Shown piece after piece: positions 38,101 through 47,205 of a stretch of 64,000 nucleotides of DNA. Positions within the stretch are counted from its first letter, which is position 1. Each line of letters starts with the position of its first letter. The DNA comes from an uncultured Chloroflexia bacterium (GTDB lineage: Bacteria > Chloroflexota > Limnocylindria > Limnocylindrales > CSP1-4), in contig CAWHDR010000001.1 of assembly GCA_963828165.1 (NCBI GenBank), positions 268,775-332,774 on the forward strand, in the 5' to 3' direction. Below the pieces are notes generated by a model, which saw nothing but the letters and a program-made list of their open reading frames with translations, was not told the DNA's origin and did not search any database. Position numbers and translations under genes: made by a program.

Positions 38101-38238
38101 GACGGCCTGTCCGTTGAGATCGACGACCGTCAGGAGGGCAGCGCCCAGGCCGAGTGCCACGGCCACGACGATGCCGAACGCCCAGCGAGTCGAACGAGGA
38201 ACCGCCGCGGGGGGAGCGGAGGGGTTCAGGGTGGCCAT
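35143..38238 (-). CDS. membrane-anchored PAS-PAS-GGDEF-EAL signalling protein (c-di-GMP cyclase/phosphodiesterase)
   Basis: Start trimmed to ATG 38238 (MATLNPS). About 8 N-terminal TM helices and two PAS domains. GGDEF is present as RLGGDEF. The EAL domain has EALARW and DDFGTGYSSL motifs. Confidence 0.85.
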   Translation of the reverse strand: MATLNPSAPPAAVPRSTRWAFGIVVAVALGLGAALLTVVDLNGQAVLWENVHWTAFYAVGFALAFRGFRASVGLERRIRARLAAVSGIWLGAQIAWLTQGMLGVVVVPSPSDLLTFAVMVPAVLALDLAVRHAVDRRERLGLYLDCVITFLAIATVVTLLFGYLVTDHDFLAGALLLSFPITCLSISGAGLIAALATRARVRDGGLYALLIGTFLYGIGYLQWVAAAPVITPPGHWSNYLFSIGAMAIGLAGATFRLESRVEWQSVRLATFFRDALPLGAVAVAVACLVASTTTSDENLLVRPLGWAVIVTAVIRQVLLVRERTNAVREAEASAEHLSAAEARHRRLIERIPAMVYIDERRTAESPRSALTYVSPQAVDLLSYTPAELMSDPELWYERVHPDDLAKITTAENVHFMSGEPLHQTFRIRNRDGREIWVRDEATLHRLPDGRLQSHGVLMDVTAQTEAEEAVRASEEQQRRIIDTASSAYVAIDGEGCVTDWNERATETFGWSRDDAMGMRLSELIIPEEQRAAHETGLRRFSATGTGPLIGRRVEVTAMDRADRRFPVELTIWPVRVRGTQHYSALIHDITERRRLEDELRHQAFHDSLTGLANRALFTDRLDHALLRRDEAAVGVIFFDVDDFKLINDGLGHAAGDGLLIEVARRLGELVRASDTAARLGGDEFAVLLEQTTQEEATRVADRIIAAFLPPFEIASHRITARASIGLAFGHPGSEAAAVLREADAAMYTAKGRGKGVWQIYDASMAGEGLAEIELRADLKQAIDGGDLTVAYQPIVEMATRRIVGVEALARWKHPTRGAVEPTQFIPLAEAADLIVPLGRWILVEACRTVQGWRASADGPDDLRLSVNISPRQLLHGSIIEHVQLALEESGLEPADLTLEITEGVLVEEAGASLAALEGLKALGVQIAIDDFGTGYSSLSYLSRLPIDVLKIDRSFIADIGTSRQAAALVRSIVKIGQTLHLETVAEGVETEEQLDRLVRLGAKLGQGYLFARPLAAGDLATLLLAAGSDAA

Positions 38239-38337
38239 AGATGGTCGTGACCGTACGCTGGGACGACGCAGCCTACCACGGCCCATTTGGCCTACCGCCG
38301 TGCGGCATTCACCGTCGGATCACCCTGGCTGGGGCGC

Positions 38338-40689
38338 TCAACGATTCGTGTCGGCGGCGAGGTCGCGCACCACCGCGGCCAATGAGCGTCGGAGACGCCC
38401 GGGCATGGCTGGCAATCGCCGGTTGGCGATGAGGCGCCGGCCGACACGGCGAGCAGGGGCCGTACGCGGTCGCCCGCTCATGGCCACCGGAACGCCGACT
38501 GGCTCCGGCCCCGGCAGGACGACGGGCGATGGTCGCGGCGACAGGACTACGGCCGGCGACGGAGACGGCATCGCGCGGATGCGTGGCGCCCGTTCCTGGA
38601 ACGTGGTCGGGATCGCGGCCCACGGGCGCGGGGATGCCGCGGCGGCGCGCCACCCATCCGGGTCCGCCGGGCGAAGGCGACCGTCCATGACGGCCTCGAA
38701 TTCGTTGCCGTCGATCCGCTCCTGCTCGTAGAGGTACGCCGCCACGTCGCGGAGCCGGGGCATCTCGGCGATGAGGGTCCGACGGGCTCCGGTGTAGGCC
38801 TCGTCGAGGATGCTGCCGATCGCTCTCGCCTGTGCGTCTCGCACGTCGCGGCTGAAGCCTGCGGATTCGCCGACCAGGGTGGTGAGGATGCCCCGACCGG
38901 TCGCGCCCTCGTCGGAGGCTTCGGGATCGCGACCCATGCCGAAGCGCAGGACCATGGTCGTGGCGATGCTCGTCGCCTTCTCGAAGTCGTTCGATGCGCC
39001 GCCGGTGACCTCGTGGAACAGCAACTCCTCCGCCACCCGGCCGCCCATCAGCGCCACGAGTCGGGCGCGCAGGTCGGTCTCGGACGGGAGGTCGTCGTCC
39101 TCGGAGCTCGAGACCGTGACGCCGAGGGCCTCGCCATGCGCGAACAGGCTGATCTCCTCGACGCGCCGCTTGTCACCGTGGAGGAGGCCGCACACGGCGT
39201 GCCCCGCCTCGTGGGCGGCGATGATGCTGCGCTCGCGGTCGTCCATCGAGCGCTTGCGCGAGGTGCCGAGGGCCGTCTTCAGCCAGCCGTTGTGAACCTG
39301 CATCGGACCGATCGCGTCGAGCCCGGTTCGCGCGGACAGGATGGCCGCTTCGTTGAGGAGGTCGGCGAGCATCGCTCCCGAGAATCCGTAGGTCTTGCGG
39401 GCGAGCGCGGGCAGGTCGACATCGGCGGTCAGCGGCTTGCCCTTCGCATGGACGGCCAGGATCGCCAATCGGCCGTCGCGATCGGGCAGCGGGACGTGGA
39501 TCTTGCGCGTAAATCGGCCCGGGCGAAGGGCCGCCGGATCGAGCGTGTCGAGGCGGTTCGTGGCGCCGATCACGACGACGCCGTCGTTGGTCCCGAATCC
39601 ATCCATCTCGACGAGCAGCTGGTTGAGGGTCTGCTCGCGCTCCTCGTGGCTGTCGGCGCCGCCCCTCGCCTTGGCCATCGCGTCGATCTCGTCGATGAAC
39701 ACGACGGCTCGGCCCGCCGCCCGGGCCTTGGCGAACAGCTCCCGAACGCGTCCCGCGCCGACCCCCACGTATTTCTCGACAAATTCTGAGCCCGAGACCG
39801 AGAAGAACGGGACGTCGGCTTCCGCGGCTACGGCCTTGGCGAGCATCGTCTTGCCGGTACCGGGCGGCCCGTAGAGCATCACGCCCCGGATCGCGGTGGC
39901 GCCCAGCCGGATGAACCGGCTCGGGTCGCGCAGGAATTCGATCGTCTCGGTCAGTTCCAGCTTGGCCTCGTCCGCGCCCGCGACGTCCGCGAGCGTGATG
40001 CTCGGGCGTTCCGCGACGACGGTCGCGTCAGTCCGGCGGCGATTGAGGTTGCGCGACGGACGCCATTTCCGAGCTGCCGAACCACGGACGCGCAAGAAGA
40101 TGAGGATCGCCAGGACGAGCAGCGCGCCCGACATCGCCAGACCGACGAACGAGGGCATCGCACCGGCGCCATTTCCGGGGTCGAGAGCGATCGCCTCATC
40201 GGTCAGGAGTCGCGAGTAGCCAGCGGCGCGGATCACGTCGAGAGCGTCGCCGACGGGGACTTCCGGTCTGACGACGTGGATCGCACCGCTGGCCGTTCGC
40301 GCGATGAGCACGGGTGCAGGCGCACTCACCGCTGTTCCATTCGCCGGCGTCATGGCACTGATCGCGTCGATGTCGCCGCTGCGCGCCGCCCCGAGCACCT
40401 GGTCGAGCGTCCACCGGTCACCGGTCGTCGTGAACATCGGCGGCGTGCCTGTCACGGGGCCCGCGGCGCCCGCCGACCCGCCGCCGAGCACGCCTGTCAG
40501 GACGAGCGCGAGACCCGCGCCAGAGAGGAGGAAGGCGAGCAGGATCGCGATCACGCGCGGCGTGCGCAGGAAAGTCAAGACAGGGCTCCAGTCGGATCGA
40601 TCAGTGCTGTACGGGACCGTACCGCTCCACACCCCGGGCGACCATCCGTTGAAGGTCCCGCTCCCATCTACAGCGAATGGATGATGCAA
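38338..40689 (-). CDS. FtsH-family ATP-dependent zinc metalloprotease paralog
   Basis: Two TM helices flank a periplasmic domain. AAA+ Walker A (GPPGTGKT), Walker B (VVFIDEIDA) and SRH. The M41 zinc motif is HEAGHAV. Pro-rich C-terminal tail. Confidence 0.85.
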   Translation of the reverse strand: MHHPFAVDGSGTFNGWSPGVWSGTVPYSTDRSDWSPVLTFLRTPRVIAILLAFLLSGAGLALVLTGVLGGGSAGAAGPVTGTPPMFTTTGDRWTLDQVLGAARSGDIDAISAMTPANGTAVSAPAPVLIARTASGAIHVVRPEVPVGDALDVIRAAGYSRLLTDEAIALDPGNGAGAMPSFVGLAMSGALLVLAILIFLRVRGSAARKWRPSRNLNRRRTDATVVAERPSITLADVAGADEAKLELTETIEFLRDPSRFIRLGATAIRGVMLYGPPGTGKTMLAKAVAAEADVPFFSVSGSEFVEKYVGVGAGRVRELFAKARAAGRAVVFIDEIDAMAKARGGADSHEEREQTLNQLLVEMDGFGTNDGVVVIGATNRLDTLDPAALRPGRFTRKIHVPLPDRDGRLAILAVHAKGKPLTADVDLPALARKTYGFSGAMLADLLNEAAILSARTGLDAIGPMQVHNGWLKTALGTSRKRSMDDRERSIIAAHEAGHAVCGLLHGDKRRVEEISLFAHGEALGVTVSSSEDDDLPSETDLRARLVALMGGRVAEELLFHEVTGGASNDFEKATSIATTMVLRFGMGRDPEASDEGATGRGILTTLVGESAGFSRDVRDAQARAIGSILDEAYTGARRTLIAEMPRLRDVAAYLYEQERIDGNEFEAVMDGRLRPADPDGWRAAAASPRPWAAIPTTFQERAPRIRAMPSPSPAVVLSPRPSPVVLPGPEPVGVPVAMSGRPRTAPARRVGRRLIANRRLPAMPGRLRRSLAAVVRDLAADTNR

Positions 40690-40695
40690 GCCCGG

Positions 40696-41526
40696 TCAGG
40701 AACCTGCTAGCGCCGCGATGACGGCGTCCGAAAACGGCGGCCACGCGTCAAGCGCCCACGCGCCGTAGTCGCGATCGGTGAGGCAGACGAGCGCCGCATC
40801 CAGGGCCGGATCGACCCACAGGAATCCGCCAGATCCACCGAAATGGCCGAACGTCGCAGGGGAGTTCCGGCTGCCCGTCCAGTGCGGATCCTTGGCGTCG
40901 CGGAGCTCGAAGCCGAGGCCCCAGTCGAGGGGATCGAAGCGCCCGACCCCGGGCAGGAGCCCGATGAGACCCGGAAAGGCAGTGGCGGTAGCTGCTTCGA
41001 GGGTCGTGCGGGCCACGAGCGTCGGGCGCAGGAGCTCACGGGCGAAGGCGGCGAGATCGGAGAGTGGGCCGTGGAGTCCCTCGGAGGCCCGGGTGATGAG
41101 CTGCGTGCCGGTCATCGAGAGCGGGCCCAGGATCCTCCGCCCCAGGGCGTCCTCGAACGGGACGCCGTCGCGTTCGGCGAGCCGGGCGCCGAGGATGTCG
41201 AAGCCCTCATTCGAGTAGATCCGACGGGTTCCGGGCCGGGCGATGACGGTTTCGCCCTCGAATGGAAGGCCCGATGCGTGGGCGAGCAGGTGCCTGACCG
41301 TCGCGTCGGGCGGCCCCGCCGATTCGTCGAGATCGAGGAGGCCCTCCTCGACTGCATCCAGGACGGCGTACGCGGTGACGAGCTTCGTCACCGAGGCCCA
41401 CCGGAAATCGTGGCGGACATCGCCGTGGCTCGCGATGAGGCCCTCACGGCCGACGACGGCCGCCGCGGCGTGCTCCGCCGCCCAACCATCGATCGTCCCC
41501 AGGGCTACGTCCAGTCGATCATCCAC
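40696..41526 (-). CDS. serine hydrolase of the beta-lactamase/transpeptidase-like family
   Basis: SxxK motif (SVTK). The YSN-like motif appears as YSNEG and the HxG motif as HFGGSGG. Immediately upstream of the FtsH paralog in the same operon. Confidence 0.7.
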   Translation of the reverse strand: MDDRLDVALGTIDGWAAEHAAAAVVGREGLIASHGDVRHDFRWASVTKLVTAYAVLDAVEEGLLDLDESAGPPDATVRHLLAHASGLPFEGETVIARPGTRRIYSNEGFDILGARLAERDGVPFEDALGRRILGPLSMTGTQLITRASEGLHGPLSDLAAFARELLRPTLVARTTLEAATATAFPGLIGLLPGVGRFDPLDWGLGFELRDAKDPHWTGSRNSPATFGHFGGSGGFLWVDPALDAALVCLTDRDYGAWALDAWPPFSDAVIAALAGS

Positions 41527-41692
41527 GGCGGCTGATGCTAGCCGCCGTGGATGCTTGCCGTCTGCGGGGTAAGGAGGCTGGTGCCAGCGCTGGCCACTCG
41601 AAGCCTCGCGACGTGTCCTGAGAACCGTCTGAGCGCGCCGTTCGTGTGGGGCTTGTCACAGGATCGACGCGATTCGCGCCTACACTTCGGGC

Positions 41693-42373
41693 ATGCAGTT
41701 CTTCCGCTCCAAGCCGCAAGCGCTCCCCTCCCCAGCCGAGGCCCTCCCGGGCCGTTCCGAGCCCATCGTCACTCCGGGCATCCACACCGTCCTCGGCACC
41801 CCGATCGCCGGCCCCTGGCCGGACGGCACGAAGACCGCGGTCTTCGGCGCCGGATGCTTCTGGGGCGACGAGAAGGATTTCTGGCAGCTTCCGGGCGTCG
41901 TCACGACCGCCGTCGGCTATGCCGGCGGACACACGCCGAACCCGACGTATCAGGAGGTCTGCTCGGAGCGGACCGGCCACGCCGAGGTGGTGCTGGTCGC
42001 GTACGACCCGTCAGCGATCTCGTACGAGCAGCTGCTCAAGAGCTTCTGGGAGCACCATGACCCGACGCAGGGCATGCGCCAGGGCAACGACGTCGGCAGC
42101 AGCTACCGCTCGATCATCATCGTCGCCGGCGACGAGCAGCGGGCGGTCGCCGAGGCCTCGAAGGCCATGTACCAGGAGCAGCTGTCGACGGCGGGGTACG
42201 GCTCGATCACGACGGAGATCGTCGACGCCGCCTCGTACCCGTTCTACTACGCCGAGGACTATCACCAGCAGTACCTCGACAAGAACCGAGGCCCAGGAGC
42301 CTATTGCCCGGACCACCGGACCGGCGTGAAGTTCCCTGACGTCGTCGTGACGCCGCTGCAGTACGTGGACTGA
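41693..42373 (+). CDS. msrA: peptide-methionine (S)-S-oxide reductase
   Basis: MsrA active site GCFWG and conserved body. 226 aa. Confidence 0.85.
   Translation: MQFFRSKPQALPSPAEALPGRSEPIVTPGIHTVLGTPIAGPWPDGTKTAVFGAGCFWGDEKDFWQLPGVVTTAVGYAGGHTPNPTYQEVCSERTGHAEVVLVAYDPSAISYEQLLKSFWEHHDPTQGMRQGNDVGSSYRSIIIVAGDEQRAVAEASKAMYQEQLSTAGYGSITTEIVDAASYPFYYAEDYHQQYLDKNRGPGAYCPDHRTGVKFPDVVVTPLQYVD
42301..42373. repeat. copy A of a duplicated msrA 3' end, diverged to about 85% identity
   Basis: ctattgcccggaccaccggaccggcgtgaagttccctgacgtcgtcgtgacgccgctgcagtacgtggactga closes msrA. Confidence 0.7.
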
Positions 42374-42391
42374 GCCGCTCCGCAGCGAGGC

Positions 42392-42739
42392 TTAGGTTTT
42401 GGGCCGTTCCTTGGGCGCTTTCAACGGGATGTTACCCATCTCCGTGAGCGTTGCGACCCGCGCATCGTGGTCAGCCGCTCGCGCCATCCGCTGGAACTCT
42501 GCAGTCACAGCGTCGAGCGCAGCGGCCTGACGCTCGTACAAGTGGTGGTCTGCATCCGTCAACGGCCGTCCCGGCATCGCCCAGGGTCCACGTTCGACCA
42601 TCCGCGAGTAGTGCTTGTAGTCGGCGAGCATCTGCGGGAGGTGCTGCAGCCACGTTTTGCTTCTGTCATTTGGTCCGACATCCCTGCTCATGCCTGTGCT
42701 TGTTACGTGTCGCCATGCCCGGAAGCGCACTGAAGTCAC
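42392..42739 (-). CDS. hypothetical protein (within lower-GC islet)
   Basis: ATGA overlap with the upstream lipoprotein gene. No known motif. Confidence 0.4.
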   Translation of the reverse strand: MTSVRFRAWRHVTSTGMSRDVGPNDRSKTWLQHLPQMLADYKHYSRMVERGPWAMPGRPLTDADHHLYERQAAALDAVTAEFQRMARAADHDARVATLTEMGNIPLKAPKERPKT

Positions 42740-43146
42740 CCGGGAGCTAGGTCCTGAGTCGTGATGAGCATGATGCTTCTGGGGTCGTCGGCTGGCCCCT
42801 TTTGGCAGCCACCTTGAACAACGTCCCCAGCCCGAAACCGGACCGTGTTGCGCTCGTCGAGAACCTCCAGCTCCGGGGTGAAGCGAGCCGAGTATTGCGG
42901 GGGCCAGACGAGGTCAATGCGTCGACCATCCGACAGCTCCAACCACGTGATACGCGGGTCGTCCGGGCTGCCAACGAGGGTGGCATCACTCAGGCCAACC
43001 CCACGACATGCGCTTGCGAACGCGGTGAAGGGTAGCGGTAGGGGTGGGGTGGGCGGCGATACGCAGGCAGTCAAACAAAGTCCTAGAAGCACGGCCGGAA
43101 CCGTGCCCCTAGGACTCCTGAGCAACCGGCGCATCGTTGAAACCAT
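42736..43146 (-). CDS. putative lipoprotein (within lower-GC islet)
   Basis: Start trimmed to ATG 43146/43134. Signal peptide with lipobox (LLGLCLTAC). Confidence 0.45.
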   Translation of the reverse strand: MVSTMRRLLRSPRGTVPAVLLGLCLTACVSPPTPPLPLPFTAFASACRGVGLSDATLVGSPDDPRITWLELSDGRRIDLVWPPQYSARFTPELEVLDERNTVRFRAGDVVQGGCQKGPADDPRSIMLITTQDLAPG

Positions 43147-43366
43147 GATGCGTTGACGGCTACGTCGGGTGCGTAAGTTCGGCCTCCTGACGAAGCTGCA
43201 ACTCCGGGTCGTATCGCCAGCGCGAGTCACGCCAGAGTGCCGCTGCTCGCGAGGGACCGAGCGAACAAGCTCGACGATGGTGATGAGCGTCTGCTCGTGC
43301 TCCAGTTCGAGGCGTGCCATAAGCGCAGAATAGGGGTCGCCCCACCAACCGACAGGGAGATAGCAA

Positions 43367-43615
43367 ATGGCCCCGCGCGTAGTCCTGACCATCACGCCCG
43401 GGAACGACAAGTCATTCGAGACGAAGGTCCGGGAGGCAGTCAACGCCGTTGACGGTCCAATCGACTGGAGTGACGAAGCGCAGGCTCGCGCGGTCGAGGG
43501 GGAGGTTCGCCGGTCATATCCTGAGGCTGAGGTGATGGTGACGGACCACCCAATCAACCCGCCCACTTGGAACATATATCGCGACGGCGCCCCGCGACGC
43601 CTTCACCTCGATTGA
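43367..43615 (+). CDS. small hypothetical protein (82 aa, within islet)
   Basis: ATG preceded by GGGAGA. Plausible globular composition. Confidence 0.35.
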   Translation: MAPRVVLTITPGNDKSFETKVREAVNAVDGPIDWSDEAQARAVEGEVRRSYPEAEVMVTDHPINPPTWNIYRDGAPRRLHLD

Positions 43616-43652
43616 GGCGGCAATACGCTGACCTAGCTGAGAACCCCCGCGG

Positions 43653-43728
43653 CTACTGCCCGAATCACTCGACCGGCGTGAAGCTGCCGGATGACTTCGT
43701 CGTCACGCCGCTGCAGTACGTGGACTGA
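43653..43728. repeat. copy B of the duplicated msrA 3' end, no longer attached to a gene body
   Basis: A near-copy at 43653..43728 encodes [24 protein letters not shown], compared with [24 protein letters not shown] in msrA. Confidence 0.7.
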
Positions 43729-43815
43729 CCGCCCGCGATCGTCGACACGTATGCTGGAGATGCGACTGATGCCTGTCACCCAGCCGACCCTTCTCCTCGA
43801 CAAGCGCCGTGGGCT

Positions 43816-44472
43816 GTGATCGACCCTCTGTCGAGGCCGACGATCCCCGACGGACTCGTCACCGGCGGTGTCGTCGCCATCGCGAGGCGGCTCACGGCTG
43901 AGAGTGCGCCACACGTCGCCGATGCCCTCCTCGCCGGCGGCGTGCTGGCCTTCGAGATCACCCTCAACGAACCGGTCGATGCCGCTCTGCGTGCGATCGG
44001 ATCGGTCGCCGGGCGTTCACCGGAGCTTGCCATCGGCGCCGGGACGGTGCTATCGATCGAGGCAGCGCAACAGGCCCTCGATGCCGGCGCCACCTTCCTG
44101 GTCATGCCGCACACCGAGCCCGAACTCGTCGCCTGGGCCGCTGCACGCGGGATCCCGACCTTGCCCGGTGCGGCCACGCCGAGTGAGGTACTGGTGGCGT
44201 GGCGCGCTGGAGCCGCCGCCGTCAAGGTCTTCCCGGCGTCCGTCGTCGGACCCGCGTTCGTGCGCGAGTGCCGTGGGCCGTTCCCGGACATCCCGCTCGT
44301 CCCGAGCGGCGGCGTGACCATCGATACCGCCGCCGACTTCATCCGGGCGGGCGCCGTGGCCGTGGGCGTCGGCAGCTGGCTGATCGGCGACGCTGCGCCC
44401 GAAGGCGTCACGGCACGGGCGCGCCGGATCGTCGATGCCGTCGCGGCGGGACGAGCCGCCAGCCGTCCCTGA
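43816..44472 (+). CDS. eda: 2-dehydro-3-deoxyphosphogluconate (KDPG) / 4-hydroxy-2-oxoglutarate aldolase
   Basis: GTG start. Aldolase class I TIM-barrel motifs (AFEITLNEP, GATFLVMPH, active-site Lys in AAVKVFPAS). Confidence 0.7.
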   Translation: MIDPLSRPTIPDGLVTGGVVAIARRLTAESAPHVADALLAGGVLAFEITLNEPVDAALRAIGSVAGRSPELAIGAGTVLSIEAAQQALDAGATFLVMPHTEPELVAWAAARGIPTLPGAATPSEVLVAWRAGAAAVKVFPASVVGPAFVRECRGPFPDIPLVPSGGVTIDTAADFIRAGAVAVGVGSWLIGDAAPEGVTARARRIVDAVAAGRAASRP

Positions 44473-44492
44473 CCGCGAGGTCGACCGCCCGA

Positions 44493-45512
44493 TCAGCCGC
44501 CGTTCGAGGCGGAGTCGAGCGTCTTTGCGTCCCACGATGCGAGTGCCACGCGCAGCTTCGCTCCGACCGCCGGATCGGCGATCGCGCCACCGACCTCGTC
44601 CAGGCCGAGCAACGCGGCCCCCGCGACGGGCGGCGCCTTCGTTCGCACCAGCCGCGCTCGCCGGGCGATCGCCTGCACGCCGGCCTCGATCCGGAGGCGA
44701 AACGCCTCGTCGGCTGTTCGGAAGACTCCGCCGCCCAGGACCACCTCGGGATCGGTGCGGGCGAGCCGGAGTCGCCGCATCATCGCGCCGGCCATCGCGA
44801 CGACCTCATCGGCAAGGCGATCGACGATCGCGCGCGCCGCCTCGTCCCCCTCCATCGCCGCTGCGAACACGACCGGGGAGAGCTCGCCGATGCGCCGTTG
44901 CGAAACGCGGCCGTGGTACATCGCCATCGTCAGGGCCCGTGGCGTGCCAAGCCCGAAATGCCCAGGCACGGTCCGCTCCAGGACCGTTCGAGGCCCACGG
45001 CCATCGCGCGCACGAACGGCCGCCGCGAGTCCCCCCCAGCCGACGTCCGTCGCCCCGCCCCAGTCCCCGGAGATGTTTCCCAGCGCGTCCAGCCGGGCGG
45101 TACGGCCGTCGGGCGCGACCCCGGCCGCATTGACGCCCTGGCCGCAGATCACGACCACGCCCCAGCCCCGGTCCGTGCCGGCGCGCAAGGCCGCGAACGT
45201 ATCGTTACGAAGCAGGTCGGTCCGCGCGAAATCGCCTGCTGAGAGTCGCCCGGTCAGCTCGCGGACGTCGGCGGGCGTATCGGCACCGGCAAGACAGTAC
45301 ACGCCGACATCGGCGCGATCCGCGTCCCGCACGCCGGCGGTGGCATAGGCCTGGGCGACCAGTGCGGACATTCGCTGCATCCCCGCATCCCCACCGACCT
45401 GCTGGTGGGACGTGGTCTCGCCCCGGACCGCGGCAAGCAGGCGCCCGTCTCCATCGACCAATGCCACGTCGGTCTTCGAGTTCCCGCCATCGACGGCCAG
45501 GACCAGCGTCAC
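44493..45512 (-). CDS. BadF/BadG/BcrA/BcrD-type ATPase (N-acetylglucosamine-kinase-like sugar kinase)
   Basis: ASKHA-fold N-terminal motif (LAVDGGNSKTDVALVD) and a central GQGVNAAG motif. Confidence 0.65.
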   Translation of the reverse strand: MTLVLAVDGGNSKTDVALVDGDGRLLAAVRGETTSHQQVGGDAGMQRMSALVAQAYATAGVRDADRADVGVYCLAGADTPADVRELTGRLSAGDFARTDLLRNDTFAALRAGTDRGWGVVVICGQGVNAAGVAPDGRTARLDALGNISGDWGGATDVGWGGLAAAVRARDGRGPRTVLERTVPGHFGLGTPRALTMAMYHGRVSQRRIGELSPVVFAAAMEGDEAARAIVDRLADEVVAMAGAMMRRLRLARTDPEVVLGGGVFRTADEAFRLRIEAGVQAIARRARLVRTKAPPVAGAALLGLDEVGGAIADPAVGAKLRVALASWDAKTLDSASNGG

Positions 45513-46105
45513 GGCAAGGCGTCCAGCCGCACGAACTCGCCGTCCCGCGCGCGTACGTCATCGATGATCGCCGACAGCGCGAGGCTTGTCGCGGTCGTCC
45601 ATGGATGGAGGAGGATCACGGCGCCGTCGCCATGGGCCATCGCCGCGCCCACGGCCTCCTGCGCGACGCCACGACCGGTCGCGGCGCTTCGCCAGTCGAG
45701 CCCGTCGACGTCCCAGCGGGTCTCGCGATAGCCGAGTCGGTCCAGGGCGCGGAGGACGCCCGGTTCGTTCGTCCCGGCACCGAACGGACAGCGGAACCAC
45801 GGCCGCGGGTCCCGTCCGGTCGTTCGCTGGATCGCCCGCTCCGCGGCCCGGACGTCCGCGGCGATTCCCCTCGGGGTCAGGAGCGACATACGGGCGTGGT
45901 AGTGCGAGTGGTTGCCTACGAGGTGTCCGCCGTCCGCGATCGAGCGAGCGAGGCCCGGATACGCCTCCGCCCACCGTCCCTGCAAGAAGAACGATGCCGT
46001 GATCCCCGCCGCGGCCAGCGTATCGAGGACCTTCTCGGTGCCACCGGGTCGATGGCGCCGGTCCGGGTGCTCCGCGTCGAAGGTAAGCGCCACGCGGACG
46101 CTCAC
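45509..46105 (-). CDS. polysaccharide deacetylase (CE4, NodB homology domain)
   Basis: NodB motifs (TFDAEHP, HSHYH, LLHP). Overlaps neighbouring genes by 4 nt on both sides. Confidence 0.75.
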   Translation of the reverse strand: MSVRVALTFDAEHPDRRHRPGGTEKVLDTLAAAGITASFFLQGRWAEAYPGLARSIADGGHLVGNHSHYHARMSLLTPRGIAADVRAAERAIQRTTGRDPRPWFRCPFGAGTNEPGVLRALDRLGYRETRWDVDGLDWRSAATGRGVAQEAVGAAMAHGDGAVILLHPWTTATSLALSAIIDDVRARDGEFVRLDALP

Positions 46106-47205
46106 TTCTCGACGCCGGTGATGACGATGCCGCGGGTGAAGAACCGCTGGGTCAGCAGGAACGCGATCACGGGTATCACGAGGGTCATGAGCGTGCCGGC
46201 CTGGATGTACCCGGGTTCGCGGTAGTAGATGCCGTTAAATCGCTGCAGCCCTAGCGCGACCGTCTGGATCTCGGGCCTGCCGGCCGTGTACAGGAGCGGA
46301 CCGAAGAAGTCGTTCCAGGAGTAGACGAGATGGAACACGGCGACCGCGACGATAACCGGCCAGGCCTGCGGGATGACCACCGAGATCAGCGTCCGGAACG
46401 GGCCGGCACCGTCGATCGCCGCCGCCTCGTCCATCTCGGTCGGGATCGTCAAGAAGTACTGGCGCATCAGGAAGACGTCGTAAGCGTTCGCGAAGAACGC
46501 CGGGACCAGGAGGGGCAGCCAGGTCCCCACCCAACCGATCCGCTGGAACACCGTGTAGGTCGGGATGATCGTCACGGCCGCCGGAAGGAAGATCGTGGCG
46601 ATCAGCAGGGTGAACAGCAGCCCGCGGCCGGGGAACCGAAACCGCGCGAAGCCATAGGCGACGAGGGTGCACGACAAGAGCGTGCCAATGGTCGAGACGA
46701 CGGCGATGAACACGGTGTTGAACAGCAGGCGTGGATAGTCGATGAGGTCCCACACCGCGGCGAAGTTCTCGAAGTGCGGCGCGAACACCCAGACGGGTTC
46801 CAGGGTCCGCCACGATCCCTCCCACACGATCGGCGCCGCGTCCGGTGCGGCGGGGTCCACGAATGTGCTCTGCCGGCGCAGCGGTTCGAGCAGCGCGAGC
46901 TGGCGGGTGGTCCCGTCCGGCATCGGGACATTCATGACGGTCAGCTCCTCCCCGCCGTAGGAGAACGTCACGGGATCAGCGGGATACAGGGGGCCGTGCG
47001 CCTGGGTGATCTGCTCCAAGCTCTTCACCGAATAGGCCACGGAGCGGAGCATCGGGGAGAGGAAGGCCGCCAGGGCCAGGACCGCGATCAGCGTGACCAG
47101 GAACGACCTGCTGCTGTCGCCGCGCTCACGAGGCGGTCGGCTGCCCTCCGCCACGCGTCCGCGCCGCCGCAGGATCCCGCGGCGAGGGATCGAGAGCGCC
47201 GTCAT
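46102..47205 (-). CDS. carbohydrate ABC transporter permease (extended N-terminal periplasmic loop)
   Basis: Six TM segments and an EAA loop (DEAAAIDGAGPFRT). Confidence 0.8.
   Translation of the reverse strand: MTALSIPRRGILRRRGRVAEGSRPPRERGDSSRSFLVTLIAVLALAAFLSPMLRSVAYSVKSLEQITQAHGPLYPADPVTFSYGGEELTVMNVPMPDGTTRQLALLEPLRRQSTFVDPAAPDAAPIVWEGSWRTLEPVWVFAPHFENFAAVWDLIDYPRLLFNTVFIAVVSTIGTLLSCTLVAYGFARFRFPGRGLLFTLLIATIFLPAAVTIIPTYTVFQRIGWVGTWLPLLVPAFFANAYDVFLMRQYFLTIPTEMDEAAAIDGAGPFRTLISVVIPQAWPVIVAVAVFHLVYSWNDFFGPLLYTAGRPEIQTVALGLQRFNGIYYREPGYIQAGTLMTLVIPVIAFLLTQRFFTRGIVITGVEK

Noticed and set aside
42374-43652. Possibility that the msrA-associated islet is an active integrative element
   Set aside because: No integrase, recombinase or excisionase ORF is present, and no perfect direct repeats. 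It is best described as a decayed insertion remnant.
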